Assembly: GCF_000143415.4 (NCBI RefSeq)
Contig: NW_003314353.1
Span: forward strand, 123,483-187,482
Source of the DNA: Selaginella moellendorffii
Taxonomy: Eukaryota; Plantae; Lycopodiophyta
Length of the DNA: 64,000 nucleotides
Direction: 5' to 3'
Of this stretch, positions 59,300 through 64,000 are shown piece after piece. Below the pieces are notes generated by a model. That model was given only the letters and a program-made list of their open reading frames with translations. It was not told the DNA's origin and ran no database searches. Made by a program: the position numbers and the translations under genes. How positions within the stretch are numbered: the first letter of the stretch is position 1; each line of letters starts with the position of its first letter.

Positions 59300-61720
59300 T
59301 GCTTAATGGCTTCAAGCTTGGGGTAGCTTGTCTAACCATAATACTCGAGCTTGGATAATTGGGGTAGCTAGGGGGAGTTTACCTCTCGAGCAGAACCATA
59401 ATAGGGTAATCTGTTTCATCAACCACTAAGTCATCCTTAAAAACACACAATCTATCTTGTCAATCTTGTACATTTCATCCTTTGCGAAAGGCCTGCCAGA
59501 GATTTGGATCTCTACGTGTAGACTACAAAATAGCACCTGGTCGATCTCTGGGACAAGCAGCCAAAGTAGAAGCTTTGATGGCTGGAATGGCATTTCCTCA
59601 CACTTTGGTGATGCTAAAGTCCATGATGGAAGGTGAACTCAGACTTACAAAGTGGATGATTTACCAAGAGATTACGAGCATCTCTCACGAGCCACTGGAT
59701 CTGAGGGGTATGTTGTGGTGTAAAAAGGGATGGACATAACACTCATGAGCTCGTTCATTGAGTTCCGACTCTTTTTACATGACTCAAGGGACATGACTCA
59801 TGACCACGTGGACATGCCACGTCAGCTGATCGAGACTGACATCTCGACACTCCCACTCTGGCTCGATCAGCTGAGAGGATGGACTACCCCTCCCACTCAG
59901 CCGAAACAGATGGAGAGCAGACTCCCAGTGCAGCGCGATGGCGTTCAAAGGAGTCTCGAGCCAAAGCCTTCGTGAGTATATCAGCCACCATTGCCTCGGT
60001 GGGGCAATATTCCAGCAACAACTTTCCATTTTGGACTTGTTCCCGCACGTAGTGGAAACGAATCTCGATGTGTTTCGTCCGAGAATGGAAGCGCGGATTG
60101 GCGGCCAGTGCAAGAGCACTTTGGTTGTCCGAGAACAGCACCATAGGGCCGGTGCAAGCAGGAATCTGGGGCAGGTCACGGCAGAACTGGGTCAACCAAA
60201 TCGCTTCTTTGCTGGCAGCGGTTAGGGCAATGTACTCTGCCTCTGTCGAGGACAGAGCCACCAGCGGCTGGCGCTTACTGCTCCAGGACACAGCAGCCCC
60301 ATGGAGCAAGAACGTATACCCGGAGGTAGAGCGCCTTGAGTCCTGGTCGCCCGCCCAGTCCGCATCCGAGTACCCATGAAGTTCCTGTGACACAGCAGCG
60401 CCATAGTGAAGCTGCAAATGCAAGGTACCTCGAACGTAGCGGAAAATCCGCTTCACAGCTTGCCAATGTCCAGGTCCGGGGTTCTCGAGGAACTGGGAGA
60501 CCATCCCAACAGCATAGGCGAGATCTGGTCGTGTGCCCAGCATCAAATAAACAAGACTTCCCACAGCTTGACGATATGGCACCGTGGCCATGTACTCGCG
60601 TTCTTCCTCTGTGACAGGGGCCATGTCACGGCTGAGTTTGTGATTGACCTCAAGAGGTGTGGCCACGGAAGAGCAGTCCAGCATATTGAAGCGTTCCAAG
60701 ATCTCCCTTGCATAGTGAGCTTGTGTCAAACTCAAGGTGCGTGCTCCTCGATTGCGTATAATTTGGATGCCAAGGAAATGGCGAAGCTCGCCCAGGTCAG
60801 ACATCTCAAATTCTTCACTCAGCTTCTTTTTCATCTCGTCCAGCAGGTGGCGGGTTTTTGCACCGAGAATGCAGTCGTCAACGTACACAGCAATGGTTTC
60901 ACCCGTTTCCATGTGAAGCGCCAAGAATTGTTGATTCAGCAGCATGGAAGAATTTGCGGCTTGGGCCACGAAGATCGTGCGAAGCGACGTCCAGATTTCA
61001 GCAGCGGTCTTGGTGAGATCAATCAGCGGCAAGAATTCATCGCTCAATCCCAAGCCAATGACGGTGATGGCAAAAATCCCAATCTGATTGTAGCGTCTGC
61101 TCAGCGGGACGAGGCTCAGTCCCATCAACGATGTTCCACGCTCGTTTCGCAGAGAGGATCAGCCTGATTCTTGTCGCCCATGTGAAGAAATTCGTGCCAC
61201 TGAATTTCTCCACCTTCTCGGTGGAAGCCACGAGAACTTGAGCAGCAACCGGTGGCAGCGGCGGCGGCAGCGGCAGCGGCGGTGGTGGTGGGGGCGGCGG
61301 AGGTGGTGGTGGTGTTGAAGCGGCCATGACAGCAACGTCAAATCAGCCAACCAGGATCGTCCCCGGAATCCGATACCATGTTGTGGTGTAAAAAGGGATG
61401 GACATAACACTCATGAGCTCGTTCATTGAGTTCCGATGTGGACATGCCACGTGGACATGCCACGTCAGCTGATCAAGACTGACATCTCGACAGGGTATGG
61501 GTTCTGCTGAGATCCAATCAAGCTGGCAGTCTTGGCAAAGCTGATCCAGTGCCTGAGTTATGGATCGCCCAAAAGAAGATGAGATCTGACAAGGATAATG
61601 ATATCACTGAAGAAGTCCAGCCTTAGGTGCCCATCCTACAGCAGAACAGCATGTTATAGCTATTTGACTTCATGGCAGCGGGTGCTAGATTTTCTCACAT
61701 TGATAAGTATGAAGCAATGG
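59300..61720 (+). pseudogene. Highly decayed En/Spm (CACTA, Transposase_21-like) transposase relic interrupted by the mini-Copia
   Basis: Frame-hopping remnants NGFK..GSLSNHNT, SLPLEQ, ERPARDLDLYV..LVDLW, VDDLPRDYEHLSRATGSEGYGFC resemble DGF.P, NLPP, P..DID.YL..L..LW, D.PAY..LSG...GY..C. Confidence 0.35.
59711..61492 (-). mobile_element. Internally deleted Ty1/Copia element (1782 bp)
   Basis: LTRs 59711-59849 and 61379-61492 (TG..CA); perfect TSD GGGTA; PBS-like TGGTATCGGATTCC; PPT AGAGTGGGAG; Gag N-terminus (KFSGTNFFTWATR) joined to RT C-terminus (YVDD) and RNase H (YSDADW..SSTEAEY..SDNQSA..ADILTK). Confidence 0.95.
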
Positions 61721-63333
61721 GAAAAATCCTAAAACTAGAGTTTCTCTCTATAATCCATCACCAATGTATTCACCAAGAGCGCATCCATAGACAGAGCAAA
61801 GCTGAGCAGCAGTAAAGTTGTGCTCTCCCTTTACAGCCACCCATGCCAGGATCAATAGCCTCTTCCTCATGCATCGCAAGAACACACACACAAAGTGCAG
61901 TTTTGGGTCTCATCCAAAACAAACTAATGCCCAACACCAAGGTCAAGAGGAGTACGGTCACCTTCCTGGCCGTGCACAATTGGGCATTGGATGATCGTTT
62001 TATGCTCTCGGTTCTGACTCCCACTCATAGGAGTATCTCACAGCCAAAACTCCAGATCCCACAACAGCAACATATGGGGCTAGTCACAGGTAAATCTCAT
62101 GGTGTCAATTGATCCATTGTCTAGCTCCCCCACAGAAAAAGGATGGGATGATGGCAACCAAACTGGATAGTGAGATTCATGAGGCAATGGAAAGGGATTA
62201 GGTTGAGCACTTTCTTTAGAGTCTAGTGTTTTATGTGCAGCCTGGATATGTAGTTGAGTACATTGGCAGTGCAAGTCTTGTTTTCTTTTAGAAGCCTATC
62301 TTTGTACTTTTTGGACAAAAACAAATGAGAGAGCTAGCTGAGATTGCATTATTATGATACAGATACCCCCGGACACCCAAACTGTAGGAGGTGACATAGG
62401 AAAAATTGGATTTATTGCGCATTCGTGATTAATACCAGGTTACCAGATGGATGTACACCCCAGACAAATGTAACCAGAAATGGCCTAGTCAATGTACTTA
62501 ACCAAAAATGGCCCACTTGGAGCTTGCATTTGTGGCTAGGGCTATTCTCCATTGGGCTTATTCATCACCAAAACTGAAGAGCACCTATGGCTGCCACTGC
62601 TGCCACACTGCCCCTGTGCCCAAATGCCACACAACACAAGCAAGACAAGTGATGGAAAAAGGAAATGGTTTAGGGTTCTACCCCATTCCATAGCATATTC
62701 TGCCAGCCTGCCAGGATAGCATACTCTGTTGAAAGGTATTTTAGCAAAACTCTTACCATGGCAACTCAGAAATGGAGAAAGATTTCTGCATCAACTCTAA
62801 TGCATCCTAAGTTCTTCAGGGAGAAATCCAACTTGCAAATATATATATTTGATTTTGCCATTCATTAGGGTTCCCTGGTTCTTTCCACTTAACTCGAAAT
62901 CCCTGAGAGAGGGGAATGAGATCCATGAGTTTATAATTGCTACCATGAGCTATGCAGATCTGCAGAACAATGCCAACACATAAAATTCTTTGGATCACTC
63001 TTAATCAATTGACAATGTAGCAGGGAAACTACAGTGATACATGATTGGAACATCATCAAAGAACCCTAAAGTAGGGAATTACAATAGTGGTAGTTGTGAA
63101 TGAGGTAGATGGTGCTAGCATCATCATCTCAACAGGAACCTTGGTCTCCACAAGAAACACTACATAATAAAGAAAGAATAAATCCCAAGAAAATTTATTA
63201 AAAAACTTTAAAATTATATTTATAAGTTATACCACAAGATTAACCTAAATATAGATTGGCTTGAATATCAGGTATCAGGTATATTCACAATCCCATATAT
63301 AGAATATTCTAGGTATATCCACCATCCCTTAAA

Positions 63334-63716
<383 letters not shown>

Positions 63717-64000
63717 AATCAACCAAGCATTTCTGCATGCAGCAAAGTTTTCATATAGGGATATTTGTTTTTGGCAATTATACTACTTAATTTATAATTT
63801 TTAATATTATCTGAGTATCTCTGCTAAAATAAATAATGTTTTAAGACTTTAATAGTATCTCTAGTAAAATATTTTAGGTTTTAAATTTTTTTATTCTAAT
63901 TGTAGAAAAGACTTTACAAGTATTTCTAGTAGAAGCATTATTGGCTTGAAGTGCTTGCATTATTTCTTACAACAAAGAACACCAAAACTATTGTCTATAA

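Overview
Eukaryotic plant nuclear DNA. The very short (about 50-60 nt) introns, dense gene packing, PLS/DYW-type PPR debris and Tcn1-like chromovirus sequence suggest a lycophyte such as Selaginella; this is an inference, not a database match. The window has four zones. (1) 1-24.7 kb is a nested stack of LTR retrotransposons that can be reconstructed from LTR ends, PBS/PPT signals and 5-bp target-site duplications. An old Gypsy pol relic was hit by element A (1222-23444). Element A carries a TRIM, and its 3' LTR was split by a rearranged element C and by a chromovirus B, which itself holds a captured 1.1-kb protease-RT fragment. (2) 24.7-34 kb contains gene debris: PPR/DYW pseudogenes around a decayed Crinkler/RHS-type gene with apparently two tandem P-loop NTPases plus a restriction-endonuclease-like domain. 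(3) 34.5-59 kb is a compact gene cluster: CLC transporter, an orphan membrane protein, a divergent alpha-tubulin, two GDSL lipases, a PGM-like protein, a vicilin-like cupin, a HUA2-like CID protein, a candidate MIRNA hairpin, two alpha-expansins and an FCP1/SCP-like phosphatase. (4) 59-64 kb holds a decayed tRNA-Arg, a transposase relic interrupted by a 1.8-kb mini-Copia with a Gag/RT-RNaseH fusion, and a compound AT microsatellite. The best candidates for something new are the unannotated miRNA-like hairpin (53007-53149), the tandem NTPase-REase gene, the mini-Copia, the LTR-shared GAAA-hairpin/G-tract motif and the divergent alpha-tubulin. All coordinates were read by eye, and the boundaries of decayed elements are approximate.
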